The notes under the pieces are model-generated. The model saw only the letters and a list, made by a program, of their open reading frames with translations. It made no database searches and was not told the DNA's origin. Below, piece after piece: positions 14,904 through 28,997 of a stretch of DNA of 64,000 nt (its first letter is position 1; each line of letters opens with the position of its first letter). Location: positions 91,142,001 to 91,206,000 of the forward strand of contig NC_086108.1 of the NCBI RefSeq assembly GCF_963921235.1, given 5' to 3'. The DNA comes from Mobula hypostoma. Lineage: Eukaryota. The position numbers and the translations under genes were made by a program.

Positions 14904-16389
14904 TGGGAATCATGAGAGAATCAAAAATGGGATTAATGTAGAATGTAGGATGTAGAATTAGTATAAATGGAAGATCAATGCCAATCGATGGGCTGAAAGG
15001 TCTGTTTCCTTCTTTCTCTCTGTGACTCCATGGCAGTAGAGAAGGGTCATAAAATTTCTTCGATATATCCTAATCAAGGCATAGCAGGCATAGATTGTAC
15101 CCTTTACATAATCAAAACAAATTAACTTTACTTATCCCCAATGAACTGACAGTATTTTACTTAGATTATTTATACCATTAATTGATAGCTAAAAAGATCA
15201 AAGAAATGCAAAATAAAAATGGCATGCAAGAATAGATGCATTATAAATCTACAATGCAGCTTTGCCAGGCACAAGGCTACCAAAGTCGCCAGTAAAGCAA
15301 CGTTCAGAAGTTCCATTACTATGGTAACAATTAAAAGTGGAGTCATTTCCAGGAGTAGCCAAGCAACTGAACCTAATAACAATTAGTGCCAATTAACTGC
15401 CCCATTAATCATTGTTGTTTGTAGAGTTTTTCCTCATGAGAGGATGAAGAGAAAGACTTAATTATCCCATACTGTGACTATCTTTAATTCAAATACTCTT
15501 TTAATATATTTCCTAACTTCTTCCCGGATATTTAACCTTCAAATAACTGTGGCTCTGCCTTTGACAGAATAAAAGGATGAAAGAATTCAAACTCTTTCAG
15601 TGTCTCGAGATTTTGAAACATTTTCTGTATAAGCTCTTCTGTTTAATTTATTTAGCATTTTCAAAAAATACCTTGCATTATTTATTGGAAAAAAATGCAG
15701 GAACAATCAATGCATTGTAGATAAGCAGCCATATGCCCCAATGCAAAAATAAAAACCAGTTTACTTCATAAACAAAGGCTAAAAATGGGAGGGAACAAAA
15801 TTTCTCAAATAAAAGGAAAATGCTTTCTTTAATAACCTGAAGTGAGTGAGGAATCCAAATATACAACCTATGCGTATAAAATCAACTCAGTTAATTACAA
15901 ACAAGAGAATATCTGCAGATGCTGGAAATCCAAGCAACATACACAAAATGCTGGAGGAACTCAGCAGAGCAGGCAGCATCTATGGAAAAAAGTACAAAGT
16001 TTCGGGCTGTACAAATTAAATCCACTATGATTCAATGTTGTAAAGCAATAAAACATGAAAACTTCCATCGGGGTGGTGAATACTTTTTATAGGCACTGTA
16101 TTCATGAGACAACAATGACCAATTAACCTATCCGGTACATCTTTGGACTGTAGGAGGAAACCAGAGGACCTGGAGATAGCCCATGCATTCCACAGGAAAG
16201 ATGTACAGAGACTCCTTACAAAGCAGCACCGGAATTGAACTTCAAACCCCAGAACGCCCTGAGCTTTAACAGCATTGCACTTACAGCTGCTCTTTAATCA
16301 GATCTGTCTTTGATTATGAATGTGTTGCTTATGGGTCGGTCTTACCAGCAGCCTTAAGCCTCCAGGTAAAGTTCAAGCTCGAACATTGA

Positions 16390-17755
16390 AATTATGCTGT
16401 GGCGCTATTAAATCATCCCCAGTGTTGCTATTACTGGTAGAAATGATTGAGTTACCTTTATATCTATACATGTTACTGTTGGTAATGGTTTAATGATCAA
16501 CGTAAGAGGGCATAAAATTGGTCATCCGAAATTGGCAATATTAGTAGTGTTTGGAGCACTTAATTCATAAGGTTTTAGTTTTGAGTGGATGGGAAATGAA
16601 TGGGTACAAAATCTTGGGTTGTTTAACATGGAATATGGTCCCAATGTAACCTTTTCTGTCACTCTTCCATGTTTTTTCCCTTTGCATGTGGTTGATTTAA
16701 GCCTTCAATAAAAGATCAAGATGAAGATTGATTACATATCAGTGGTAAAAGTAGTTTAGCAATACATGCAAGGCAGATATTATGGTTTCTTACATATCTT
16801 TACAGATGGTTCAAATGATCCATTGGCAAGTTATTCAGTTGTTTCTGTTTATGTACCAAAGTTTCAGATGACTATGAAGATAAGATTATCAGACAAAGTA
16901 TCAGTATTCACATCTGAGATGTTGCTGTCATTTTAGCCTTGGAATGCAAAAGTACAACCTGATTATGTACTTCTATGCTCTGATCATTTTCGGTTTTGTC
17001 ATCTATGAAAGCAGGTACTTCAAATTGTAGGCCAGACATTCTTCTAAAGACTGGACAACATCTGTTGAAGCTGTAGTTGTTAAGGCGTATACTCAGTTTC
17101 TTATGGGTTTCTTATGGGTCCCTGCTCTTGTTGGGAAATGGCAGATATTCTAGCCAAGCAATCACTAAAGATCAAGGATGGTGGCTTTGCATAAAAGGGA
17201 GGTGAAAGCCATTATTATAAAGTTCATTTGATTACAGTGACAACAAAGTTGCGATAAGGAAAAGAAAGTACAGCATTTATATAAAATTCAGAGGATGGAA
17301 GATGGGTATAACAGAAGGAAAGAAGCTTTTCTTACACGTTTACATATTGGACATAATAGGTGGAATAATTCCTTGTTTAGAACTGATATGCATGATACAG
17401 CATTAATAGGGATTGTACTTGTCAAGAAACAGTGCAGCATATTTTGTTTGAATGCAGATACTATGAGGTGCAAAGGAAACTTCTAATTGCTAAATTGAGA
17501 TCTTTGTGACAGACACAGTTTAACATGGAAAGTTTGTTCGGATATCATTGTCTTTGTAATATATATATGTGCAAATTTGACTTTCTGAAAAGCATTAGAG
17601 TTTTTGATATTATTTTAGTTGTTCTTTTGGGTGGGGATTAAAGTGGGTGTACCTCCTATCTGTTTGGTCCACTTTCCAGCTCAGCAGGTGGCAGTAATGC
17701 ACCTTACTTTGGTCTGCCAGCCACCATTAAACTTAACCAGAAGAAGATAAAGAAG
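16390..17755 (+). mobile_element. I/Nimb-clade LINE remnant with RNase H domain
   Basis: FTDGS at ~16800, SVFTSE, LWVPA, TRLHIGH; 3' end ggtggcagtaatgcacc followed by a gaagaaga tail. Confidence 0.75.
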
Positions 17756-18094
17756 ACAACTCACCAATCTTGATGAGGTGAGGATTATCCAATCACTTGC
17801 ACTCTGATTTGCTGTGATGTTGGCACTACGTATGTAGCTTTAAAGCAAAACCTTTCATGACCTTAGTGAATTCTGATATGCTTTATAGACATGAAGTACT
17901 CTCTAAAGGTTGGTACAAAAACCACCTTCCTTTGTTTGAATAGGATTACCATTGTTTATTAAAAAGTAAGCTGATATAATTATTAAAATTAATTTTTTAT
18001 ATTGTCCAAATTTATCTTTTTTTTTCTAAATTTTATTGATTGATTAATTTTTAACTTAAATCCATTTAAACTATTTCAACATGTCTTTGAATAT

Positions 18095-18515
18095 TAATGA
18101 TCAGGTGGTCATGGTAGAACTGGCAGTGCCTGGGGAAGATCAGATTGATGAGGTGATCAAGGATAAGAAGGCCACATACCTGGAACTAGTACAGCAGTGC
18201 CAGAGGCGAGGGTGAGGGGCAAGATCTGAGCCTATAGAGGTGGGGTGTAGAAGTTTTGCTCGCTACTCGCTCTGTTGAACTTGCTTCCTCCTTGGCATTA
18301 TGGGGGTGCAACGAGCCATCAGAACTATCATGGAGCATTTCTGAGCAAGCCTCCAGATAGTTATGGACCAAGAGGTGTCACCGCTGGACCAATACTGCTG
18401 GAGTACAGGCCGGGGCCTGGTCAATCCTGGCTGGGTCACCTGGGTAAGGGTGTCTGTTGTTGAAAGGCCCAAAACACCCGATGACCCCGGGTTATATCAC
18501 TGATGATGTGTCCCA
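18095..18515 (+). mobile_element. HERO-like LINE 3' end with restriction-like endonuclease remnant
   Basis: VVMVELAVP..KKATYLELVQQC..EPIEVGCR; characteristic 3' UTR gggtcacctggg...cactgatgatgtgtcc. Confidence 0.75.
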
Positions 18516-21500
18516 TCACATCTTAGGATGCATCTCAGCATCAATTAGTTTATCATTGTCACATCCACCCAAATACAGTGAAAATCTTTTGGTTTGCATG
18601 CCATCCAGACTGGTCATTCCATACATAAGTGTATCAAGTTATGAGAACTGAAAATAACTAGAATGCCGTATTCAGTGGTAGAGTTACAAAGGAAGTGCAG
18701 CACAGGTAGATGAATGAAGTAGAAGAGTGATGATGAGGTAGAGGGAGAGGTGAAGAACTCATCTTACTGTATAAGATATCTTATAACAACAGGATAGAAG
18801 CTACCCTTGAGCCTGGTGCTACATGTTCTGAAGCTGTTGTATCTGCTGCCTGATGAGACGGCACTCAGGCCCCAGGCTAAACGCTTGGCCCAGAGAATGT
18901 GAGTATCACAGGCAGCGACAGACAGAAAACCCTAATGGCAGTACCGGTGCAGGGGTTCGGGTTCCTCCAGCTGAAGCCGAACAATCCCCTCGAGAGCCAG
19001 GGGCTGCTCCTTGCACAGGTGCTGTGGACGCAGTAGCAGTGGCCAAGAGATTAGCCCAGGGGCTGGGAGCAGACAGACTTTCAGCAGTCAATTAGCATAC
19101 AGAGCAGTACAGTAATGACTGGATTACCTGTTTCTGTGATTTTTAATTAGGGATAAACTAGGAGAATTAAATTGTTAATCCTAGTCACTTCTGTGGGTTA
19201 CTCTTCTGAAGCATCATTTATTGCAACAGTATTAAGCAACCTGACAATTCTGTTTCTCGTATTGTATGAAGGTGGCAGCCTCTGGTTGCTGGAGCCATTT
19301 TATACATGCCCTACCCTCTTACACTGGAGAGGTGCTGAGCTGCAGTACACTGCACTGAATCACCTCTGCATAATCAGTGTCAACTTCCAAAGAATAGTGT
19401 GTCCAGGCCCATGCTGTAAGGAGCAATACGGTCCGAAGCCAGGCAGCATGGTACATTTTTGACTTCAGTAGGAAATCTATCATGTCAATGATTTTTGCAG
19501 TGTCTGACTCGAAGATCTTAAACATGATTCTGGCGTGCCACTCTGAATGACTAAGTGGAGCCATTGATGACGTGCAAGCAATGCACGTCATTTCAAATGA
19601 GAGCCGGTGAAAAGAATTGTTATATTGCACTGATTGGGGAAGTTAGGGGTCTGGTTAGGGTTAGGGGCAGGGAGGAGGGAAGCGAAAACTCAGGGGTGGC
19701 AAACAAAGCATAAGAGGAAGGAACTGAAGGTCAGAATTCAAGTCAGAGTACTCCGAGGTTGCAGGCCCACGATCCCTGAGATGGACGTTCGAGACCTTTT
19801 GGGCCCCTAAGAATGAGAGTCATTGAGTCCTGGGGTTGGAGGCTTGAGGTCAGTGGGAGTTCCAGTATTAGTGGGCCAAGATCATTTGGCAGGTCCTAAG
19901 GTCGGCGATCAGTGAGTCCTGAGGTTGAACACCAGAAGATGGTGAGTCCAGAGGTTGAAGTCCTGAGGCTGGTGTGTCTGTGACCATGGCATGGAGGTCA
20001 GAGGTCCGGAGGTGGGCCGTCCTGGGTTTGGAGACCTTTCTGCGTGTGCGGTTGGGGGTGGGTTGTTTATTGCAGCTACTATTTATAACTATTTACGATA
20101 CGCTTTGATTCCCCAAAGCTAAAAATATAAATGTAATTAAGAATATTAATGTCAGGTGCGAGTAAGTGTCACTTAGCTCATCAAATGTGATTCTACCATG
20201 ATACAGTCCAGCACAATTTTGAATAACCAGGTTTTTTGGTTCCATAGCTCTGTTTAAAGAGTTAGTTCTTAAGTGATAGAAAAGGCACAGGTATATTGTT
20301 GTCATTATGTTAATAGTATAATAGTACAATTGTAATTAATATTCAAAAACGGAATCTAACAGTGAACAGATAGAAAGTGAAAATGCTTTGAAGTTTTGTA
20401 CCGTTTTTCTGTACTCTGTTGCAATAGGAGTTTTTAAAGTGATCCACTAATTTTGCTGACAACTAGTTGTATCCATTCTGGAAAAAAAAAGCTTTTTGCA
20501 TCTTGAACTAAGTGTGCAAATAATTTTGAAAAATTGAAATGTATGATTAATATCAAAGCCTTTGACTTTTACTGTCCTTGGCAGTCATATTATAGTTCTT
20601 TAATGTTGCATCAGTATGATATTTTAACTTATGAGCATTTCAATTAGCTAAAAGCTGATTGCAAATCAATTACAATAGAGAGGATTTTTTTTTGTCCTGT
20701 GATTGTTGTAAAAGCTTTCCTAATTCAGGACTGCTCTGGTGCATCAGATGATTCATTATGTTGTCAGCCTCTAACTAAAGCCTAATACCTTTCAGAAGAT
20801 GGAGAGAGGTTGCAACTGAAAGTGCCCATTATCTGCAGATGGGGTGGATTTAGCACTTCTATTGGGACCACATACATTAGTGATGTTCCCCAAGGGAAAA
20901 GCATGGCTAAAATAACTTATGCTGTCTGAATGTGTGCATCTGTCACAAAAACTGCTTTGATCGTTCTAAGTGAACAACAAGAGAAAAAAAAGTTGTGTAA
21001 TGTGCATAATTTTCTAATTCCTAAACCTTTTTGTCTCAGTGGGCAGCAACCAAAATTGCTCTGTTGGGAAAAAAAAACTGTTGGCAGTAATAAAAGTTCT
21101 GCTAAAGCCCTGTGCGTGGCTTTAGAATAAACACATTTCTTGAATTCCAATTATACTTAGGTGGTTTAATGTGTCTCTATTAGGCATACATGTGGTCTAA
21201 TGCACAACCGGTCTTATTGCTCTACAAGAAGGGATGTTTCTGGTTTTGGACCTCGAACGATTTGTTAGTTTTTGATTCTGGGTGACATTTTCGGTGAAAT
21301 TGACAACCACGCTGGGCACAAGTAGTTCAGACCTTGGCTGGAGCAACAGATTAAGTGCTAGAGGAACTCAGTGGGTCATCCGCTGCAGATCAAGATCCTT
21401 CACCTGACTGGTCTCAATATGAAATGTCAACTGCTCATTTCCCTGCACAGATACTGCCTGAGCCACCGAGTTCTTCCAGCGCTTTGCATGTTGCTTCAGA

Positions 21501-23084
21501 TTCCAGCATCTGCAGCCTTTTATGTCTCTGACTTTTGCTTCGTCACATTCAAATTTGTTTAATTGTCATTCAACCATACACAAATACTTATGAATACAAC
21601 CAAATGAAACAGTGTTACTCTGGGGCCAAGGTATAAAACACAGTACCAACAGTAATACACAGCACAAGGCACATATAGTGCATATAAGACAGCAATCACG
21701 TCTAAGGTATCAGTAAAATACAATCACATTAAAATATAGTCCAAGACCTTGACTCCATGAATGTTGCTGCAGGGTGCAGTAGAACACAATATGCCTTGTC
21801 TTCTGCTAAGTGAGCACTTGGATGCAGCACCGACTCCAGCTCAGACACCATGCCACAATGCCCCCAGCTCTTTGGTGGAGCACACCAACTGTAATGCTTC
21901 TGTCCTGTAAACAGACGGCACCGCAGCTTGAGGTCCGGTCCTCACTAGACCGAGACCACGCAGCTTTTCCGCCTTCCATTTATGCCGTCTGCCAAGAAAT
22001 CAGTGAATCGGACTTGCAGCATTAATAATCAAAAAAACTGAATACGCTGGAAATGAACAACAGGACAAAGTATATGGGGAGCAAAGCAGAGTTTCTCTCT
22101 GCACATGTGCGTCCTCAGCTGTTGAGATTTCCAAATTTTTCTGCTTTTGTTACAGATTTACAGGAGCATGTGTGTATAAAATCCTAGCTCTATTCCTAGC
22201 ATGTTGCATACCCCTAATTTGGCTTTTATAATCTTAATTTTATGTTAAAAGTGCAAAGAATACAGATTACAGAAACATGACCAATCTGATTATTTAATAG
22301 ATTAATGTAGAGAGAGTTCCATTTATCTTAAGTTTTGAATGTTTGCATGTGTTGAGTTTTGAGGTTTATGCTTATAATGTTTGTTTATTAAGAGTTATAA
22401 AATAGCTGACAAAGAGAGAAAGATAGGCAGGGAAATAAAATGATGCCCAAGATCACAAGTCCGGCTATACACGCATCATAGTGGAACCATTTTTGTAGAT
22501 GCAAATCCAACTAGCATCTGATAATTTAGCGCCTCGTGACCTAAGATGAATTTCACCCTCTTGCCACTGTGCTATTGAATTGACAAGTAGAGGAAATAGA
22601 TTTTATCAGCAAATCTGTGGAACACTCTCCATTTACCTGGATGGGTGCAGTTCCAACAATTCTCAAGAATCTTGAGGACAAAGAAGAGCCTCGAAGATTG
22701 CAACACATTGTACATCACCCATCTTCCAAGCTGCACATCATCCTGCTTTAAAAATATATCACCAGTCTTTCATCTCTGCTGGTTCCAAATCCTGGAATCC
22801 CCTCTCAAAATTCAAAGTTCAAAGTAAATTTATTATTAAATACGCATATGAGTTTCATTTTCTTGCAGGCATTCACAGTAGAACAATAGAATCAACACAA
22901 AACATACAATAGAATCAATGAAAAAGTACACACAAACACTGACGAACACTTACAGAAGACAGTCTATCTTCTTTTGCACATACAAAAAAAGCAAATAAAA
23001 AATAAATAAATAGTACTGTAAAGGTGGGTTGTAGAGTCCTTGAAAGTGACTCTTCAACAGCAACACCTAAAAGAGGCACCACGA

Positions 23085-23370
23085 TAGCATAATGATTCAT
23101 GCAATGGTGTTACAGCTCATGGCATTCCCGAGTTCAGAGTTGAGTTCCGACGCATTGTGTAAATTGTTTGTACATCTTTCCCCCTTCCCATAAGTACATG
23201 GGCTGCCTCTGGTTGCTCTGGTTTTCTCCCACGTTCCAAGGGCGTACTGGTTGGTAGATTAATTGGTCATTGTAAATTGTCCTGTGATTAGGCTAAGGTC
23301 GCTAGGTTGTGTGACTCATTGGGCTGGAAGGGCCTTGGTCTGTGCCTTGTCTCTGTATAAATAAATAAAA
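23085..23370 (+). mobile_element. SINE-like repeat
   Basis: ggttttctcccac..aattggtcattgtaaattgtcc core and (taaa)n tail; opposite-strand copies at 57350-57590, 60600-60870 and 61700-61985. Confidence 0.6.
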
Positions 23371-24353
23371 ATTTAACCAGTGCAGCTCCAGCACTAAAAC
23401 AGTGGCTTACCATTATCTCCTCCAGAGCAGATATTTAAATATATTTATCAGATTTTTGCATAGTTGGGGAATTAAGGGTGGTGGAGAAAAGGTTGGTAGG
23501 TGGAGATGAGTTCATGGCCAGATCAGCCATGATCTTATTGAAGGCGGAGCAGGTTTGACAGACCAAATAGCCTACTCCTGCTCCTATTTCTTATGTTCGT
23601 ATATTGATTGGTGTGGCTGGCGATATCCATATTCAGAAGAATGAATAAAAATTTAGCTATCTCATTAGTATTTAAAGATCTCAAGAACTGTTTATGGAGA
23701 GCCTTCTCAGAAGCTTCCCACATCAGAAGTGCATTCAAAGAATAATGGAAAATTTGACTGAGTAATGCAAACAGAAGTATCAGAACACTGCCATCATGTG
23801 AAAAAAATTAAATTTGGTAGATTTAGTAACTGTGTATCAATATATCTGGGGTTGATTTCTACAACATATTACACAGTTTCATTTCTCTACATTACACAGC
23901 CAGTTGTAATATCCATTCAATATCATCTTAGGGAAAAAAGTGTTTAATTATTTAGGGTTCCAAGCTCATCCCTAACCAGGAATGAAACTTACACCAGCAT
24001 ATCTACCTTTATAGTGTACGTTAATAATACCTTCTATTCTAGCATCTTCCCCCTTCGTTTCTAGTCTTAATGAAGGGTCGCAACCTAAAACATGGACTGT
24101 TTATTCCTCTCCATAGATGCTGCCTGACCTGTTGAGCGTTCCTCTGAATTTCCAGCATTTACAGAATCTCGTATGTTTATACTCTGTTGGTACTTTTATA
24201 AAGTACAATAGGAAATCAAAATATGTTCTTTAGAATTTCTATTAATCTATACGCTTAATATTATGCACTCACTTGTCAAGACAAAATGTGCAGGGGAAGT
24301 TATAGAAAATACTCTAATTCTATTATGTTTTTCTTCCAAATGCTTTGTTTCAG

Positions 24354-24497
24354 CATTTGCCCAACTTTGGCCCTTACCTGGAACAGCGTAAGAAAATTAT
24401 AGCTGAACAAAAGCTCAAGCAGACAGAATTGAATGAAGTGGTGCAGGAGAGTGATGGAGACTTATACACCATCAAGAAACCCATTCCAAGGGTCCAG
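24354..24497 (+). CDS. DPYD: Dihydropyrimidine dehydrogenase internal exon (equivalent to human exon 21)
   Basis: Translates [23 protein letters not shown]...KKPIPRVQ, homologous to human [20 protein letters not shown]...KRPIPTIK. Acceptor tttgtttcag|, donor cag|gtaatg; 144 bp, phase 0/0. Confidence 0.96.
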
Positions 24498-25309
24498 GTA
24501 ATGAACAGAGTTATAAAGTCATCAAGAACTACAACATAGAAAAAGGCTCATTGGCCACCTAGTCAATGCCGAACTGTTATTCTGCTTTGTCCCATCGACC
24601 AGCACAAGGAACATAGCCCTCCAGACACACCCATCCATATAATTATTATTGTTTTGTTATTGCTGAGACAGATAGTTCAACAGAAATAACAGAGACCTGC
24701 TAGTTAAGAAAGGCACTCCAGAGTGATTCAGAAACAAACTGGGGTGCGAAGAAAACAAAGTACAAGCCAAAGATTTGAGATTTAATGGAAAAGCCGCAAG
24801 ATGAATGTTAAAGAGGAGTTTAAAAGAGGGGAATCAGGTGGATGAGTTTCGAAGTGTATCAGAATATGGAGTCAAGTGGCTGAAGATGTATAATTGCCAA
24901 TATTGCTACAAACATAGGTGGCTGAATTCTGCAGATGTTTGAAATCTTAAGCCACACATTTTGTGTGTGTGTGTTGAACTAAGCAAAGTTTTTCCACAAT
25001 TGAGGAGGACAAGGCACAAAATGTTCCCATGCTAATCAGCATTCTTTACCTAAATCCTGGTGTCCCCACTGACTTGGGATGGAGCAGGCACTAAACTGGT
25101 GGATTGAGAAGGGGTGCAAGAGAGCATGTGGGATTAGGGGAGGGCAGACAAAATAACCGTGAAGAATGTGAGATGAAAAGAGAGGAAATTGTCAATTGGT
25201 TTTGCATTTCAGCTCAGCCAAAGCTGGAAGGGACGGAGGTATTCAGGTAGGCACTGAACTCTACAGGCTTTACGGCAGCTCTTAAGGGAGACATCTGGTG
25301 TCTTGGTTA

Positions 25310-25880
25310 AGCATCAGGATCAGGATCAATTTTTCTTGTTATATACATTTACATGTACGGTATTAGAATTTGCTGTGGGGTGTTGGAGCAACATCAATTT
25401 TTCAGAATAAAGAATTAGATAAAAATAAAGCTGTAAGAGCAGATATGGAATGAAATGTGCATAAATGCATAAATATCAGCATGTATTTACCATGTAAACA
25501 GCATTATAAAAAGTGATTTATGTGATCACATTGCAGTGTAGTGAAGGGGTAATAGATAAAGGGAGGTGGGGGACAACTAACTAGAATGGTTGATCAGATT
25601 AACTGGGGAAAGAAACATTTAAGATGGTGTGGAGTTTTTGTTTGAATAGCTCTATAATGCTTTCCAGAAGGGAGCTTTCAGAAAAGGCAGTTTGTAGGGT
25701 GGGTAAGTGTTTGCAGTGATTTTTCCTGCCTGCTTCTTTGTCCTGGACATAAGTCCTGCAGTGATGGTAGACTGCAGCCAATGATGGTTTGTTGTAGTTT
25801 TTGTATATTGTGAGAAGATGCTGCACCAAACCAGACAGGATGCTCTCTATAATGGTAGTGTACAATTGCACCAGTTTGTT
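25310..25880 (-). mobile_element. Rex1-type LINE 3' fragment
   Basis: YTTIIESILS motif and 3' UTR with gatcag-type tail. Confidence 0.6.
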
Positions 25881-25986
25881 CAGATTAAGGGGCTGTTCTT
25901 TGAATGTGCAGATAGACGGGGATCAACAGGGTCAGGCTTGGCAGTCAATAACAATCGGCTTTTTCACTCTGTTCTTTACGCTACAC

Positions 25987-26059
25987 CAGGGGTTCCCAAC
26001 CTCAATTAGCTCTCAGTTAATGGTAAGGCTCCAGGGCATAAAATAGTTGGGAACCCCTG
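25987..26059. mobile_element. 73-bp hAT-type MITE
   Basis: Perfect 14-bp TIRs caggggttcccaac / gttgggaacccctg; 8-bp flanks cgctacac / ccctatac match at 6 of 8. Confidence 0.85.
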
Positions 26060-27119
26060 CCCTATACTCATATGTATTACAAATGCATTGGCAGGAGAAC
26101 TGGAGTAGGAATTTTGGCTTTTATCTTTGTTATTCCAAGTTCACAAGAGTTTAGGTGGAGCTTCTTTCTTGCTGAGGCCATGAAATCAATCAATCATGAA
26201 GAGATGATTTGGAGATGTACTCAGTTTACACTAAGAATAAACTAGTTGCCTTATTTGCAACAGATAAGGAAGTTGTGTTCTTGCCCATTGCAGTGTTAGA
26301 GGGATTTTTGGGTTTCTCCCTCCCTCTGCCTCTCTTGTGACTCCAAAGGCTGTCAGTTTATTTGTGATATTTTGTTGAATAGAGTCTGCTTCATGTCTAC
26401 TACTCACCGGTGAATTCACACAGAGCAATAGCAGTTTAGAAGAAAAGGTGGTGAACTTACTGAGAAAGCTGAGGTCCTGAGTGTGCTTGGCAGGGTGGAC
26501 ACAGAAAGGGTGTTGTCTCCCTAGTAAGAGAACCAAAAACTAATGGACACAGTTTCAGAATAAAACTGTATTCCTCTCGGCTGATTTCATGGCCCCAGCA
26601 AGAAAAAGCTCCACCTAATCTCTTGTGAACCTGGAATAAAGGGTTGGCCATTTAGCTAGACAGTCAGGAAGAACTTTCTCTCTCAGGTGGTCATGAATTA
26701 TTAGAATTGATGAAATTAGATCATCAGATGTTGAAGATTAGGAAGCCGAGGGTCATAGGAACTGCTGGAATCTGATGCCAAGTCTAAGATCTTACGAAAG
26801 TTGGAACAAGTTCAAAGGGCCTCTAGCTGATTTCTCCTTCAAAGATGCAGCAGATAAGGGGACAATGAGAAAACAAATTGTCGTGCTACCATGGATGCAC
26901 TTGAGCCCTAAGGACAGACAACACAGTACAGACCCTTTGGCCCACAATGTTACATATGTCTTTGTGCTATGGTAGGGTGGAATCTTGTTGCCGTGCATAA
27001 CTACTAGAAAGATTGACACAAATTTAGGAAACAGCAATCTTGAAAGACGAAGAGTTGAGGAATATCGCAGTAGTCTGCAAGAACAAATAGATAGAGAATA
27101 AATTGTTCAAATGGAGGTG

Positions 27120-27575
27120 AGGATGAGTTTAGAGGGGATGGGGCTGGTAACAGATGACATTATACTCTGCACATTGTCATCCAGCAGAAGGGGATGTCTG
27201 ACACATTGGTCTGTAGTCTTGTTGTTCCAGAGACAGGACAGGTGGATTGAATGAGTCAGTTTCACACACAACCTCTCATGGTCCCAGAACACATCCACAG
27301 GAAATCTCACCAACATCTCTACTTTCTGAGGAGCCTGAAGAGAGCTGGACTTTACACGTCCATACTCATGTCATTCTACAGAACTGTAGGAGAGCACATC
27401 CTGACAAGCTGTATCACTGCTTGGTATGGAAGCTGTACTGAGGCAGGCTGCAAGGCTCTACAACAGGTAGGCAAGGCTGCCCAATCCATCACTAGCACCA
27501 GCCTACCTGCCATCAAGGATATATATACAAGAAGGTGCCAAAAAAGGACCAGTAACATCATGAAAGATCCCACAC
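27120..27575 (+). mobile_element. Rex1-type LINE C-terminal fragment
   Basis: HLYFLRSLK..FYR..ILTSCITAWYGSCT..ALQ; continues after nested repeats to a (aatcttg)n tail near 28345. Confidence 0.8.
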
Positions 27576-28997
27576 AAAGATTGAAGGATTCAAAGGTTCA
27601 AAGTACTTTTATTATCAAAGTATGGAAGCAGTATACATCCCTGAGATTTGTCTTCCCGCAGACAACAACAAAACAAAGAAAACCATGGAATCCTACAAAG
27701 AAAGACATCAAACCCGCAACATGCAAAAAAAAAGAACAAATCACACAAATGGCAAAATCCCTCCTCAAGCACTGTATGTCCCACTCTCATCAGGGAGGAA
27801 TCTACTTAGCACTCATGTCAAGTCTATCTGACTCAAAAACTCGAGAAAGTCTGCAGATGCTAGGAATCAAAGCAGCACACAAAATGCTGGAGGAGCTCAG
27901 CAGGCCAGGCAGCATCTATGGAAAAAAATAAGCAGTCAACACTTCGGGCCGAGATGTCGACTATTTCCTCTTTTCCATACATGCTGCCTGGCCTAGTGAG
28001 TGTCTCCAGCATCTTGTGTGCGTTGAGTCGAAAACAGGTACTTTCCCCAAGCAGTAAGGCTGATCAACACCTCCACTCACTAACTCCACCACTACTTTAT
28101 TATTTCCTGACAGTCACCTTATGTACTGCCTAGCGTCACTTTATGGATATACAATCAATCTATATCTATAAGCTATCTTATGTATTTATATTTATTGTGT
28201 TTTTTATTACCTTATTCTTTATTTTTTCTCTATTTTTCATGCTGCACCAGATCTGAAGTAACAATTATTTCATTCTCCTTTACACTTACATATTGTCCTT
28301 TACACTCATAGGAAATGACATTGAACAATCTTGAATCTTGAATCTTATTAGATAGGGTCAATATACCAAGGGTTATAATTGCTCTGTAAAATGATAGTCG
28401 ATTCAAGCATGGATTTGCCAGAACAGGTCAGTTAGATACAGCTCTAATATAGACAGCAGATGCTTCTCTATAATCCAGGGGCCTTGTAGCAGATGCGCTT
28501 AGAGAACATTCACAAATACAAAATAATGTGCATTGCAACTTTATACAGTTTTATGGCCATTGTAAAGTTCTTTTCAAGACTGTGTATCTTTTTAACAACT
28601 GTATAATGTGCATCATAAAACAGGGATAAGATATAGCTGGAAGATCTTTTTAAAAGTGGCCTTTCACAGTTGTCAGCAGAGGTTCTAATTTATAACCATC
28701 ACTGGTGATTCCTTCAGGGCTCCTACTGATTAGCCACTCCCGCATCCTCCAAGGAGATGGAGACAATCGTGTAAAATTGACTTACTGTCCTCCATAATGA
28801 AGGAGAGTGAATATTATTCAGTGTGCTAATGGGGTACTGTTCAAAATGGGCCTGAGATTAAAACAAAAGCATTAAGTTTAAAAACTGAAAGGAATTAGAA
28901 AGCAGGGGGTTGGGGAGAAAGGTGATGTTGGGGAAAGTTTTATTAAGTCAAGGACCTGCCTAATGAATTACACTTAAGAAACAACTAGACGTAGTTG

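Noticed and set aside
18853..19095. 80-aa GC-rich ORF
   Set aside because: No recognisable homology or convincing splice sites; kept only as part of a candidate regulatory block.
24345..24539. 64-aa ORF as a standalone gene
   Set aside because: It is the DPYD exon plus flanking intron read-through.
27251..27931. Longest ORF in the track (226 aa)
   Set aside because: Read-through across a Rex1 fragment and two adjacent repeats, not a gene.
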